This document shows, in pieces, positions 38,797-48,880 of a stretch of DNA of 64,000 bases. Location: contig JASEGR010000001.1 of the NCBI GenBank assembly GCA_030017955.1, forward strand, positions 13,761-77,760, in the 5' to 3' direction. Position numbers and translations under genes: made by a program. Within the stretch, counting starts at the first letter, position 1. Each line of letters starts with the position of its first letter. The notes beneath the pieces are model-generated. The model saw only the letters and a program-made list of their open reading frames with translations. It had not been told where the DNA came from and searched no databases. Source of the DNA: Candidatus Eiseniibacteriota bacterium (GTDB lineage Bacteria > Eisenbacteria > RBG-16-71-46 > JASEGR01).

Positions 38797-40214
38797 CTCT
38801 TGCCCAGCGGAGGAACCAGCTCCTTGAGCTTGTCCAGAACTCTCTGATCATCAAGGGTGGCGCAGAGTCTCTCTATCTCCGTTATCTCCTTGTCCAGGTC
38901 AAACGGAAGCTCTCCTTTCTTCGTCACAACCAGTATCTTCTGATGCTCGGTTCTCCGGATAGTCTCCGTCTTTTCCCAAAGTGCTTCAGTCAATTTTTCT
39001 CCCGGTCTCAGCCCGGAAAAAGTTATCTGGATCTCGACCTCGGGAACGAAGCCTGAGAAGGTGATGAGTTCCCTTGCAAGGTCGAGAATCCTGACCGGTT
39101 CACCCATATCGAGCACGAACACTTCGCCGCCTGTCCCGATCGCTCCGGCCTGAAGAACCAGCAGAACCGCTTCTTTCACGGTCATGAAGTATCTCGTTGC
39201 ACTTGCATCCGAGACGGTCACAGGCCCACCTTGGGATATTTGTTTCTTGAAGACCGGGACAACACTGCCGCGCGTCCCAAGCACATTTCCGAATCTTACG
39301 GCCATGAGTTTGGTGGAGTGAGTACCCTTAGCCCGTTCTCCAAGAAAGAACTCTGCCAGCTTCTTGGTTGCGCCCATGACACATGCGGGAGAGACCGCCT
39401 TGTCGGTTGAGAGCATCACAAACCTCTCGGTCCCGGTTCCGATGCAGCTGTCTATCAGGAACTTCGTGCCGAGAAGATTGTTCTTCACCGCCTCAACAGG
39501 ATGAAGCTCCATCAGGTGCACATGTTTGTGTGCGGCAGCATGAAATACAACATCCGGTTTGTGGCGTGAGACCGTCTTTTCGACGACCCGCCTTTCCTTC
39601 AGATCGGCAATCACCGGCAGAAGGCGGGTTTTCCCGGAGGCCAAGCGGACATCGGCCTCAGCTTCAAAGATGCTGTTTTCTCCTCGTCCGAAGAGAACGA
39701 CTTCCTCCGGCTCGAAAGAAAGGACGCGCTTCAGTATTTCTGACCCTATCGAACCTCCGGCGCCCGTGATAAGAATCTTCTTGCCCAGAAGGTAGTTCCT
39801 GAGACTCGATTGATCCACTTCTACAGTCTCTCTGCCGAGGAGGTCATCGCTTTCGACGGTTCTTATCTGATTGATGGTGAAGTCGCCGCGGATGATCTCC
39901 CTGATTCCCGGGACGATCTTGAATCTGACCTTCGCTTTCTCGCAGTACCTGGCGAGCGTCCTTATGTCCTTCCCGGTCGCCGACGGGATGGCAATGAGAA
40001 TCTCATCGATTGAGAGTTTGCCGGCAAGCCCTGCGATCTCTTCCCTGCCGCCCAGCACGGGAATCCCCTTCACCTTCTTTCCCTGTTTCTGTGGATCGTC
40101 GTCCACGAAGGCGATAGGGACCAGCAGAAGCTCCGGGTGCGAGAACATCTCGGAGACTGCCATTTCTCCAGCCTCGCCTGCTCCGATTATCAGAACCCTT
40201 GTTTCCTTATTCAC
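38793..40214 (-). CDS. CapD/PglF/WbpM-family nucleotide-sugar 4,6-dehydratase (soluble form)
   Basis: 473 aa. N-terminal CoA-binding-like VLIIGAGEAG and SDR domain KILITGAGGSIGSEI ... STDKAVSPACVMGATKKLAE. Confidence 0.8.
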   Translation of the reverse strand: MNKETRVLIIGAGEAGEMAVSEMFSHPELLLVPIAFVDDDPQKQGKKVKGIPVLGGREEIAGLAGKLSIDEILIAIPSATGKDIRTLARYCEKAKVRFKIVPGIREIIRGDFTINQIRTVESDDLLGRETVEVDQSSLRNYLLGKKILITGAGGSIGSEILKRVLSFEPEEVVLFGRGENSIFEAEADVRLASGKTRLLPVIADLKERRVVEKTVSRHKPDVVFHAAAHKHVHLMELHPVEAVKNNLLGTKFLIDSCIGTGTERFVMLSTDKAVSPACVMGATKKLAEFFLGERAKGTHSTKLMAVRFGNVLGTRGSVVPVFKKQISQGGPVTVSDASATRYFMTVKEAVLLVLQAGAIGTGGEVFVLDMGEPVRILDLARELITFSGFVPEVEIQITFSGLRPGEKLTEALWEKTETIRRTEHQKILVVTKKGELPFDLDKEITEIERLCATLDDQRVLDKLKELVPPLGKR

Positions 40215-40318
40215 GAGATCTCCACAATGCCTGCAGACTGGACAACGTGATCATTCGTTCAAATATGACGTATCTCAATGGAAGTCGCCTGAAGTCCAAG
40301 TTTCAACCACTGCCTTGT

Positions 40319-43300
40319 CTAACGCAGAACAGCTACCTTGCGCAGCACAGTCTCACCGCCGGCATGGAGTCTGACCACATAGACACCGCTTGCGACCGGT
40401 CTTCCTTCAGTGTTCTTGCCGTCCCAGATTGGCTCTCCCTCACCCTTGTCGCCGAAAGTCCAGACCACTTCCCCTGCGATGGTCAGAATTTTGCCGCTGA
40501 TCAGTCCTTGGAAACCCCGGGCCCTCAGGCTCTTCGTCCCGGATGCCAGATCCAACGGATTTGGATAAACGTATGCCCCCCCGACGCCGGGGCGCGGCTC
40601 CCAGGCCTGATAGCGGCTTATCCCGTCTTCGGTTCCAAACCACACTTCGCCGGTCTCGTCGTTGACAGCAACACATTTCACGTTTGAGTTCACAATCCAC
40701 TGAGACGTGAAGCTTCTGGCAACAGTCCCGTCCGCCATTATTTTTGCAGGACCACGATCAGTGGCCACCCATTTGTTTCCGAACTTGTCGACTGCGATGT
40801 CCGTTACATTAGAGGACGGAAGGCCATCGGTCTCCTTGGTGTAAACTCTGAACTTGGTAAGGTCCCTGATCACCGTTATTCCGGAGGCCGTGCCTACCCA
40901 GACTTCGTCACCATAGCTGACGATGCTCGTCACAGAGTTTTCCGAAAGTCCTCCGTTTTCATATGTGAGGCGCGTCCATGATCCTACCGCGAAAGGATTT
41001 GCAAGATCGCTAATACTCCAAACATCAACCCCGTTTGCATAATGACCAATCCATCTCTCTTTTCCCCCATCCCTGAAGGCAATCGCCTTTATTTTGTTTG
41101 AGGAGATTGGATAGATTCCAATCATGAGATGACTCCAGGCTCCATCCGAGGAGCGTATGACGATGGGTTCCGTGAGCGGCTCATCTCTTGAATCTTCACC
41201 AAACCAGACGTTCCCCGAAGGATCCTCCTCGATGGACATGATATTCTCGTTGGTCACCGTCTGCGAGGCGGGCGTATAGTGATCGATAGTTCCATCAGCG
41301 AGAATTCTATCCAGTCCGATACCGTATGCGCCAAGCCATTTGTTCTTTCTTGAATCCACAAACACGCTGAAGAAATAATTATCATTGGAAAGGCCTTCGT
41401 TTTTGCCGAAATGCCTCCAGGTCTTTCCATCAAACGAATCGACACCGCCCAGGAAAGCAGCAGTCCAGATTGTCCCGTCTTCGAGTGCAAGCCCGTTAAT
41501 GTTAGTGCCAACCGGCCCCTCCGAGATAAACTTGGTCCACGCACTTCCATCGTAGAATGAAAGCCCCTTGGCAGTACCTGCCCAGACCGTCAGTCCATCA
41601 GAGGTATATAGCGAAAGCACCTCGGTAGACGGCAGACCTGAGCTGATATCGGTAAATGTGCCGGCATAAAGCCTATAGACTCCCTTGTCTCTCGATCCGA
41701 TCAGAAGCGAAGAGGTGCCCCGCACAAGGCTCGTAACATTTCCCCAGAATCCGATGGCCTGCCATCCGGAGCCGGACAGTTTGTAAACCCCGCCGCTGAC
41801 AAATCCAACGGTGCCGCAGCCGACCCACACAGTCTCAGGGCTTGCGGCAAAGGAGGTAGCATTCTTGTTTCCGAGCCCTGTGTTCATCAAGTTCCAGGAG
41901 CTTCCGTCGAAGAAAGAAACTCCGGCGGATGTTCCGCAATAGATGCCGTTTCTCGCCTTGAAAAGAGTGTTTATTTGATTCGAGGGGATCTTGCCGGAAG
42001 TGTTGACGAAATCATGGATAGCTGGATTCTGAAAACCTATGAGAAGAACAACGCCTTTGTCCGCGGTGCCCACCCAAAGGCTGTCGTGAGAAGTGAGAAG
42101 GCAAGTAATCTTGTTCGAAGGAAGTCCATCAACATCTTCTATGAGACGCCAGGTGCCATTCTGGCTGTACATTGAGATTCCGGATGCTTCGGTCCCGAAA
42201 TACTTGTTCCCGTCATCGTCGATAGCAACTGCAGTGAGTTTCTCGCTTGCAAGACCATCAACGACATTGATCTTCGCAAAGGTTGAATCCAGAATCGAGA
42301 ACCTGGATACGCCGCCTGTCGTCGCACACCATAGATACAGTCCCTCACTGGCAACCGATTTTATGCAGTTGGAATTAACGTAGGAACTCCATGGCACGGC
42401 CTCGCTCTTCTGTGAAAACAAGAAAAGAAGGGGAATAATTGACAGCGGAACGATCCTTCTTCTCGCGACAGCCCTGACCAGCGTTTTCAAATCCTCGAAG
42501 AAACTCCACCTTCGGACATAAGACATGTCAAGCTCGAGCCGTTCTCCTTTGAGAAAACTCCTGCCGATGCTTCCCCGCCACGCTGGGAATGCCCCAGGCC
42601 TGACGCGTGAGAGTATCTCTCTTGCTTCAGATCCAAGCTCGTCCCACTCTTCCCTTGAAAGCGCCGAAGGACCTATAAGGCTGAGCTCTCCCCTTACGAC
42701 GTTCACGAGATAGAATGGGAGTCTCAAGCTTCCACCGGCTGGATCATAGTGCGTGAACAGGACACCTCCCTTGCCGACCTTCTGTACCCCGTTGAATCCC
42801 TTCTTGCCGGTGATGAAAGCCGAGAGAAGCCTGAAAAGAAAAAGCGGTGAGAACAGGATCAATCCGATGGTTCCGACGATAAAGTCAAAAATTCTCTTGG
42901 AGGCGCTCTTTCCGTTCCAGAATGTTGCTCCGTCTATGGTCAAAAGAGGTATGCCCGCAAGCGGTTCAACCCTGGTTCTGGACGTCAAGATGTGGAAAGG
43001 TTCGCTCAGAATCCTCACCTTGACTCCCCGACGGGCAAGCGCCGAATAGAAATCGGTCGGGTCATCTGTCCACTCCTGAGGGAATACAACTTCCTGAATT
43101 CTCTCATCGAGTACGAGTGAGATGAGGTCGTTAGGGCTTCCGTCAGGGCCCACGTAAAACTCCTTCGCCTTCGGCGGCCTCAAGAACTCGTAACCCTCAG
43201 CCTTTGCAGCTTCTCTCCTTTCCCACATCTCATCAATAGACTTTGTTTTCCCGATAAGGAGAATTCGCTTCCCGGCGAAGTACGGGCCGAATCCCCTTTG

Positions 43301-44482
43301 CCCTGCCTTTCTTAGAGCGGCCCTTCCGAGAGTCAGAAGAATAGTCATGAGGGGCCAGAGGAGGGCCACAACGAATCTTGAATATGACTTCGTGTAGAGG
43401 AGATATGTGCTTGCCATAAGCACAAGGCAGGCTGCGAGCGCAGACTTCCCCATCCCGAAGAGCTCATCAACCCAGTCGCCTCTCTCGGCTTTACCGTATA
43501 GTCCGGATATCCGGAGGGATGCAAGCGTTACAACATTGGTGACAACCAGGAATGTTCCGTACATATAAAGCGGAAAATGTGGCTTCGCAAACGCAAAACC
43601 CAGCGCCGCTCTGAGCAAGTAGGCGACAAAAAACGAAGCGTTGATCGCCAGGATATCCACGAGAAAAAGCATTCCCTTTCCCATGGCTTCCCTGTTCTTC
43701 TTAAGGAGATAGAGAAACAAACTCCACTTCTCGTAGAACAGGAGGAGACTCCTCACGTGGTAGGCAATGCCTTTTCCGAACAGCTTTGCGCTTTCTCTCC
43801 TGTGATGGTGAACCATCACGGAATCGGAAACATACGTTATCTTCCAGCCCCGCTTGTTCATTCTGTAACACCAGTCAACATCCTCAAAATAGAGAAAGAA
43901 CCTCTCATCGACAGGCCCTACATCTCCTATGGCCTCTCTCCTTACCAGGAGGCACGCACCCATGAGCCAGTCCACAGCCCTTGTGCCCGAGTGGTCCCAG
44001 TCCATCATAAGGTGCTGTCGTACTGCCTTACTATCCGGAAAGATCCTCCCGAGGAAAGTTCTGCGAAGGAGAATCGTTTTCAGAGTGTAGAAAGTTCGCG
44101 CGGAATACTGAAGTGTGCCGTCGGGATTGAGCAGCTTTGCGCTGCAGATCCCGATTCTCTTGTCCAGTTTCATCTGTGAGACAAGCCCGTCTATTGCGCC
44201 GCCGGTCACGGTTATGTCGGGATTGAGCACTAGCAGGTAAGAGGAATCTGTGAGCCCTATGGCTTGGTTTATGGCTCTTCCATAACCTATGTTGGCCGGG
44301 TTCGAGATGAGCTTTGCAGATGGGAACTCTTTCCTGACGAGTGCTGCCGAACCGTGCGTTCTCGAATTGTCTATTACAAGAAGCTCATACTCGGAGGATG
44401 GCGGGTAATCCAGGATTGAGGCGAGACAATTCCTGAGCAGTTCTGGAGTCTCATAGTTGACGACGACAATGCTGAGTTCCAT
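40319..44482 (-). CDS. Multidomain fusion: GT2, WbaP-like polyprenyl-phosphate glycosylphosphotransferase (degenerate motifs), multiple beta-propeller repeats, T9SS/FlgD-Ig-like C-terminal domain
   Basis: 1387 aa single ORF. Residues 1-240 form a GT2 domain (SIVVVNYETPELL...VIDNSR). Residues 260-690 have the TM helices, RILLIGKT region and C-terminal block of a large PGT, but KFRTM and GDMS.VGPRP are replaced by THYDPAG and GELSLIGPSA. Residues 700-1300 are repeated WVGT/WFGT...G..propeller blades. The last 80 residues are YVYPNPLDLASG...GVYVVRLHAGGETVLRKVAVLR (Por-secretion-tail-like). Confidence 0.6.
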   Translation of the reverse strand: MELSIVVVNYETPELLRNCLASILDYPPSSEYELLVIDNSRTHGSAALVRKEFPSAKLISNPANIGYGRAINQAIGLTDSSYLLVLNPDITVTGGAIDGLVSQMKLDKRIGICSAKLLNPDGTLQYSARTFYTLKTILLRRTFLGRIFPDSKAVRQHLMMDWDHSGTRAVDWLMGACLLVRREAIGDVGPVDERFFLYFEDVDWCYRMNKRGWKITYVSDSVMVHHHRRESAKLFGKGIAYHVRSLLLFYEKWSLFLYLLKKNREAMGKGMLFLVDILAINASFFVAYLLRAALGFAFAKPHFPLYMYGTFLVVTNVVTLASLRISGLYGKAERGDWVDELFGMGKSALAACLVLMASTYLLYTKSYSRFVVALLWPLMTILLTLGRAALRKAGQRGFGPYFAGKRILLIGKTKSIDEMWERREAAKAEGYEFLRPPKAKEFYVGPDGSPNDLISLVLDERIQEVVFPQEWTDDPTDFYSALARRGVKVRILSEPFHILTSRTRVEPLAGIPLLTIDGATFWNGKSASKRIFDFIVGTIGLILFSPLFLFRLLSAFITGKKGFNGVQKVGKGGVLFTHYDPAGGSLRLPFYLVNVVRGELSLIGPSALSREEWDELGSEAREILSRVRPGAFPAWRGSIGRSFLKGERLELDMSYVRRWSFFEDLKTLVRAVARRRIVPLSIIPLLFLFSQKSEAVPWSSYVNSNCIKSVASEGLYLWCATTGGVSRFSILDSTFAKINVVDGLASEKLTAVAIDDDGNKYFGTEASGISMYSQNGTWRLIEDVDGLPSNKITCLLTSHDSLWVGTADKGVVLLIGFQNPAIHDFVNTSGKIPSNQINTLFKARNGIYCGTSAGVSFFDGSSWNLMNTGLGNKNATSFAASPETVWVGCGTVGFVSGGVYKLSGSGWQAIGFWGNVTSLVRGTSSLLIGSRDKGVYRLYAGTFTDISSGLPSTEVLSLYTSDGLTVWAGTAKGLSFYDGSAWTKFISEGPVGTNINGLALEDGTIWTAAFLGGVDSFDGKTWRHFGKNEGLSNDNYFFSVFVDSRKNKWLGAYGIGLDRILADGTIDHYTPASQTVTNENIMSIEEDPSGNVWFGEDSRDEPLTEPIVIRSSDGAWSHLMIGIYPISSNKIKAIAFRDGGKERWIGHYANGVDVWSISDLANPFAVGSWTRLTYENGGLSENSVTSIVSYGDEVWVGTASGITVIRDLTKFRVYTKETDGLPSSNVTDIAVDKFGNKWVATDRGPAKIMADGTVARSFTSQWIVNSNVKCVAVNDETGEVWFGTEDGISRYQAWEPRPGVGGAYVYPNPLDLASGTKSLRARGFQGLISGKILTIAGEVVWTFGDKGEGEPIWDGKNTEGRPVASGVYVVRLHAGGETVLRKVAVLR

Positions 44483-44489
44483 AACGCGG

Positions 44490-45203
44490 TCATGCCCTGC
44501 CGAAGAGTTCCTGAAGCCTGAGTCTCCACACCAGCCAGACGGCTTCCCAAATTATTCTCTTCGACATTTTAGAGATTCCGACTCTCCTGTCCACAAAAGT
44601 TATCGGAATCTCTTTTATCTTGAATCCGTTCCTCCATGCCAGATAGCTCATTTCTATCTGGAAAGAGTATCCGTCAGAGTGGATCCTTGAGAGGTCTATG
44701 CTTTCCAGAACTTTCCTTCTGAATGCCTTGAAACCGCCGGTTGCGTCGCGGACCGGGAGTCCGGTGATAACCCTTGTGTAGACATTCGCCATGTAGCTCA
44801 GGATCAGCCTTCCCAAGGGCCAGTTCACGACCGTGACTCCATGAATGTATCTTGATCCCAGGACCAGATCGCAGTCGTCCATCGCCCCGATGAGCTTGGA
44901 AATCTCTGAGGGGTCGTGGGAGAAGTCTGCATCCATCTCCATCACGACATCCGCCCCGTCATTGAGGGCCTGGCGGAACCCCGCCACGTAGGCAGAGCCC
45001 AAACCCATCTTACGCTCCCTATGGAGAACACGTATCCTGCCGTCAGCCTTTCCCAACTCTTCGCCGATCTCGCCTGTCCCGTCAGGTGAATTGTCGTCGA
45101 CAATTAGCACGTTGATTTCATGCGGAAGCTGGAGAATTCTCGAGAGGAGACTACGGATGTTTTCTTTTTCGTTATAGGTAGGGATGACGACAGTTATCTT
45201 CAT
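44490..45203 (-). CDS. Polyprenol-monophosphate hexose synthase (Dpm1/Ppm1-like GT2)
   Basis: 237 aa. MKITVVIPTYNEKENI...VDDNSPDGT...DADFSHDP. Confidence 0.85.
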   Translation of the reverse strand: MKITVVIPTYNEKENIRSLLSRILQLPHEINVLIVDDNSPDGTGEIGEELGKADGRIRVLHRERKMGLGSAYVAGFRQALNDGADVVMEMDADFSHDPSEISKLIGAMDDCDLVLGSRYIHGVTVVNWPLGRLILSYMANVYTRVITGLPVRDATGGFKAFRRKVLESIDLSRIHSDGYSFQIEMSYLAWRNGFKIKEIPITFVDRRVGISKMSKRIIWEAVWLVWRLRLQELFGRA

Positions 45204-47600
45204 TTATGCCTGTTTCTCCCTTCTGGCCTTCATCAATTGAAGAACAAGAGAGAATGCGAGAAGGATGATTATGACGGCGCCGGAAGCAAGACTGGCAAAG
45301 ATGCCCAATCTCAACGAAGGTGACTCGTATCTCATGACAAGGGCGTGTTTCCCGGGCCCGACCTGAATTCCCCGAAACATGCCGTTTGTTCTGTAGACCG
45401 GCACCTCACGATTGTCAAGGTACGCCTTCCAGTCAGGATAAAACAGATCCGACAGAACCAAGAATGAATTTCCGCTCGTATCCAGGTCTATCCGGAGCTC
45501 ATTAAATCCGTATTTCGTGAAAAGCGCCGTGCCGGTCGCGTCAACCCTGAAATCCGAGGTTCCGGCTACAATTGCCTCTCTCCACGGATTGAAGTCCGCT
45601 CTCTTTACCCTGTCCCAGACTTCCAGTTCATTAGGAACATAGACAGCGTTCTCCACGAAATAAGCCCGCGGCAGACAAGCTTCGTTAAGATAAACCTTCT
45701 TCGATCCGTCGAAAACCAGAGAAAGCCCCGGGACCTGCCCCCCGAGTGGTTCATCGGCCACAAAGTACTTCACATTCATCATCGACAACGTCCTCAGGTC
45801 ATTGAGGCCGACTTTCTCAAGGAAATCCTGGTAGAGTTTCGGCTTTGCAGCATGATACCCGCCCACACTCTGGATCTTGAATGCCGTGTATCTGTTTGTC
45901 TGGAACTCGGTCTGACTAAGCGGGAGAATCCGGTAAATGGTCTTGTCCTTCTCAAGAAACTCCACGACATCGTCTCTTCCGATCTTCGGGTCGATCGATT
46001 TCACATCGCCTACTCTTTGCTGCATTATCCTGTAGTCAATCGACCAGAGGTCAATGGCAAGGACGATAAGAAGAAATAGAACCAGCGTACGCTGACCTAT
46101 CCACCTTTTGAAGAAAAAGAATATTCCTGCGAGACCGAATGCAGCTATGACTGAAACCTTGATGAGGTCAGACGAGGCCATGTCGAAGGCGCTGTCGACC
46201 AGCTGCTGCGGAAAATCGCTCCTTACCGACCTTGCCAGATTGTCATAGCTCACGAGGAATGAGCTCTTCGCCACACCGAAAATAAATGCGACCGCAATCA
46301 GCGCTATTGCGCCGTAGAGAGCAAGCTTCCTGATCCCGTTCTGCTCCTTCTGCCTGGAGATTATGAGATTGAGACCCATCCCGGAAAGACAGGCAACCGA
46401 GAACTGAACCAGGACGAGGATCATCACGGGAACTCTGAACTTGTTGAAATAAGGAAGGTGGTCATAGAGCAGGGAATAGAGACTTTCGAAATGTTTTCCG
46501 AAAGAAACAAGGAGAGAAAAAAATGAAAGAAGCAGGAAGAAAACCGTCCATCTTGTCCTGATAAAGATCAGGGCGGCCGCTGCCAGAAGAAGGGGAAGGA
46601 GTCCCATGTAGTTCGGATAGTCGGTGAAGGGCATTGTTCCCCAGTAGGTCTGTCCGCCGAATCCCATGAACGAGGGCACAATGAAAGTGAGCATTTCGAG
46701 CGGACTGAACGACCAGGACGTCGCATACTTGAGCCCGACTCCGCCGCCTTCGGCACCGCCTCTTATCGAGTACTTGCTGTAGTCATTAACCGGAAGGTAC
46801 AGGAAAGCAGAAAGAGCCATGCCCAAGAGAAGTGCCAGGAAAACCATGGAGAAACCCACGAGGGCCCTGCCTTTCGGATTTGAAGTCCTGAGTTCAGCGA
46901 TGAGTTCTACGACCGCATAAAGCCCGATCATGAGCCAGGTGTAATAGACAATCTGGACATGGCCTCTCAGAAGCTGAAATCCTGAAACCATTCCCAGAAG
47001 CGCAAGATAGAGAATCTTTCTTGTCTTGATCAGTCTTGCGGCCAGGAAAAGCAGAAGAGGTATGAAGGACGCAGTAATCAATTGACTGCCGTGTCCAAAC
47101 GCGCCGACAGCAATCAGGTTCGGCGTGAAAAGAAATACTGAAGCACCGTAAAGGGAGGCCAACGGATGGACATTTCTATCTCTCAGGAAAAGGAATAGGA
47201 AAATCCCGCCAAGCAAGTAGTACATGAGAAGCCATGTCATCTCCGGAAGAGGGATGAGGAAAGCGACCGCGTCAAGAATGAGATTTGGAAAGTAGACATA
47301 AGGATTATAGGTCAGGCTTCCATAGGAAGGCATCCCGCAGAAAACATAGGGATTCCAGAACGGATAGGTGTGATCCTTCTTGATTGATTCCTCTCCAAGG
47401 GCGCTGAAGCCCGCCGGCGCCTGAGCATCAGGAGAGGTCCAGATTTTATTGAAGAAAATGAATTGATAGAAGAAGACCAGAAACAGGATAAAGAGTGCGA
47501 GCAGCGAGAAAAGCACAAGATGCTTTTCAAACATATCGGGTTTCCTCGCCTTTATGCCGTGCTCCTGGTGCTTCTTTTCTTTTAGCTTCTTCTTGGCCAT
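45204..47600 (-). CDS. Large polytopic membrane protein, YfhO-like (putative GT-C glycosyltransferase)
   Basis: 798 aa. More than 12 TM helices, a roughly 250-aa periplasmic C-terminal domain and a terminal TM. YPFWNPYVFCGMPSYG N-terminal loop. Its start abuts the Dpm1-like gene stop. Confidence 0.5.
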   Translation of the reverse strand: MAKKKLKEKKHQEHGIKARKPDMFEKHLVLFSLLALFILFLVFFYQFIFFNKIWTSPDAQAPAGFSALGEESIKKDHTYPFWNPYVFCGMPSYGSLTYNPYVYFPNLILDAVAFLIPLPEMTWLLMYYLLGGIFLFLFLRDRNVHPLASLYGASVFLFTPNLIAVGAFGHGSQLITASFIPLLLFLAARLIKTRKILYLALLGMVSGFQLLRGHVQIVYYTWLMIGLYAVVELIAELRTSNPKGRALVGFSMVFLALLLGMALSAFLYLPVNDYSKYSIRGGAEGGGVGLKYATSWSFSPLEMLTFIVPSFMGFGGQTYWGTMPFTDYPNYMGLLPLLLAAAALIFIRTRWTVFFLLLSFFSLLVSFGKHFESLYSLLYDHLPYFNKFRVPVMILVLVQFSVACLSGMGLNLIISRQKEQNGIRKLALYGAIALIAVAFIFGVAKSSFLVSYDNLARSVRSDFPQQLVDSAFDMASSDLIKVSVIAAFGLAGIFFFFKRWIGQRTLVLFLLIVLAIDLWSIDYRIMQQRVGDVKSIDPKIGRDDVVEFLEKDKTIYRILPLSQTEFQTNRYTAFKIQSVGGYHAAKPKLYQDFLEKVGLNDLRTLSMMNVKYFVADEPLGGQVPGLSLVFDGSKKVYLNEACLPRAYFVENAVYVPNELEVWDRVKRADFNPWREAIVAGTSDFRVDATGTALFTKYGFNELRIDLDTSGNSFLVLSDLFYPDWKAYLDNREVPVYRTNGMFRGIQVGPGKHALVMRYESPSLRLGIFASLASGAVIIILLAFSLVLQLMKARREKQA

Positions 47601-47601
47601 T

Positions 47602-48765
47602 TCAAGCGCTCACCTGTGATCTGCCTGCTCCTTTTCTTCCGAAGAACTCATCGATGGCTCCAAGCATCTGAGCCGCCTTCCTGTCCCAGCTATTCTCCTC
47701 CGCCTTTTTCCTGAGGAGCTCCGGATCCCTGGGAGAGGAAAGGGCGAGTTTGACGAGCTCTATGAACTCGTCCTCATCCTCCGCGAGGTAGATGAAGTCC
47801 TTCAGCAGTTCAAGATCTTCCGAGTAGTTCAGGCTGACAGTCGTCTTCCCGGAAGCCATGTACTCATAGACCTTGTTTGGATTGAGCGATCGTGTGAATT
47901 CGTTCTTTGTGAAAGGAATGAGGCAGACATCCATCGGCCCGAGATACCTGGACAACTCTCCTGCCTTCCTTTCCCCTAGAAAATAGACATTCCGCGTTGA
48001 TTCTTCAAGCCTTTTTCGCTGCTCCCTCATTCCCAGCGCCACGGGGCCGACAATGATCAATGAACATTGAGGGAAATTTCGCGAGAGTTCTTCCAGAAGA
48101 TGCGTATCGAACCATTCGGAAAATGTGCCAACATAACCGAGAATCGGCTTCTTCTTGGACCCGATATCTCCGGGGATGTCGTCAGGTCCGACTCTTCCCG
48201 CAAAGAGTTCAAGATCAACGCCGTTTCCAACCATGACTGGATTCTTCGCCCCCATGCTCTTCGCCAGCACCATGAGACCCTTCGAGCACACAAAGACCAT
48301 GTCCGAAATGGCTATGAGCTCCCTGAAACAGCCGGCGACCCATTTCCTTGAGGAAGGAAAGTGAACGGGGTCATCGTTGCAGTCGTAGAACACCGGGAGA
48401 GGCTTGAGTGATTTTGCCACTGGCAGGAAGAGCACGTTGGAGACGAGACAGAATGCCGGTCTCCTGACCCGGAGAACCGCCATCCAGAATCTCACGCAGG
48501 CGAGCGTAAGAAAAGAGACGGCTCCCCTCACAACCTTGCGTTCAACCGCTGCATTGTAGAGACGGAGCCGTGTGCCTGATTTCAGCACCGGCACGGTGAC
48601 GAAGGTCACGTTGCCGTCTCTCCCCGGAAAGAGCGAGCTCTTCCTTCCCTTTGCGAACGGCTCAAAGAAGAAGATGCGCCAGTCCTTCGGGAATCTCGAG
48701 AGGAGATAGTGCTTCCTCGTCCTCATGTAACTCCACTTGATCTCAGAAAGGACTATTACGTCCAA
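47602..48765 (-). CDS. Glycosyltransferase (GT-B, GT4-like)
   Basis: 387 aa. C-terminal NPNKVYEYMASGKTTVS (E..E motif region). Confidence 0.65.
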   Translation of the reverse strand: MDVIVLSEIKWSYMRTRKHYLLSRFPKDWRIFFFEPFAKGRKSSLFPGRDGNVTFVTVPVLKSGTRLRLYNAAVERKVVRGAVSFLTLACVRFWMAVLRVRRPAFCLVSNVLFLPVAKSLKPLPVFYDCNDDPVHFPSSRKWVAGCFRELIAISDMVFVCSKGLMVLAKSMGAKNPVMVGNGVDLELFAGRVGPDDIPGDIGSKKKPILGYVGTFSEWFDTHLLEELSRNFPQCSLIIVGPVALGMREQRKRLEESTRNVYFLGERKAGELSRYLGPMDVCLIPFTKNEFTRSLNPNKVYEYMASGKTTVSLNYSEDLELLKDFIYLAEDEDEFIELVKLALSSPRDPELLRKKAEENSWDRKAAQMLGAIDEFFGRKGAGRSQVSA

Positions 48766-48780
48766 AGCTTCACCTCATGC

Positions 48781-48880
48781 CCCTCACCAGCCTCTCCCCA
48801 TTGGGGAGAGGGTCAGGGTGAGGGGAACCTCAAGCCCTCTATCACCCTCTCCCCTCTGGGGAGAGGGTTAGGGTGAGGGG
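48781..48880. repeat. Two copies of the palindromic element CCCTCTCCCC-N3/4-GGGGAGAGGG-T(C/T)AGGGTGAGGGG
   Basis: The two copies are ccctcaccagcctctccccattggggagagggtcagggtgagggg and caccctctcccctctggggagagggttagggtgagggg. Same family as 7410-7450 and 13519-13598. Confidence 0.8.
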
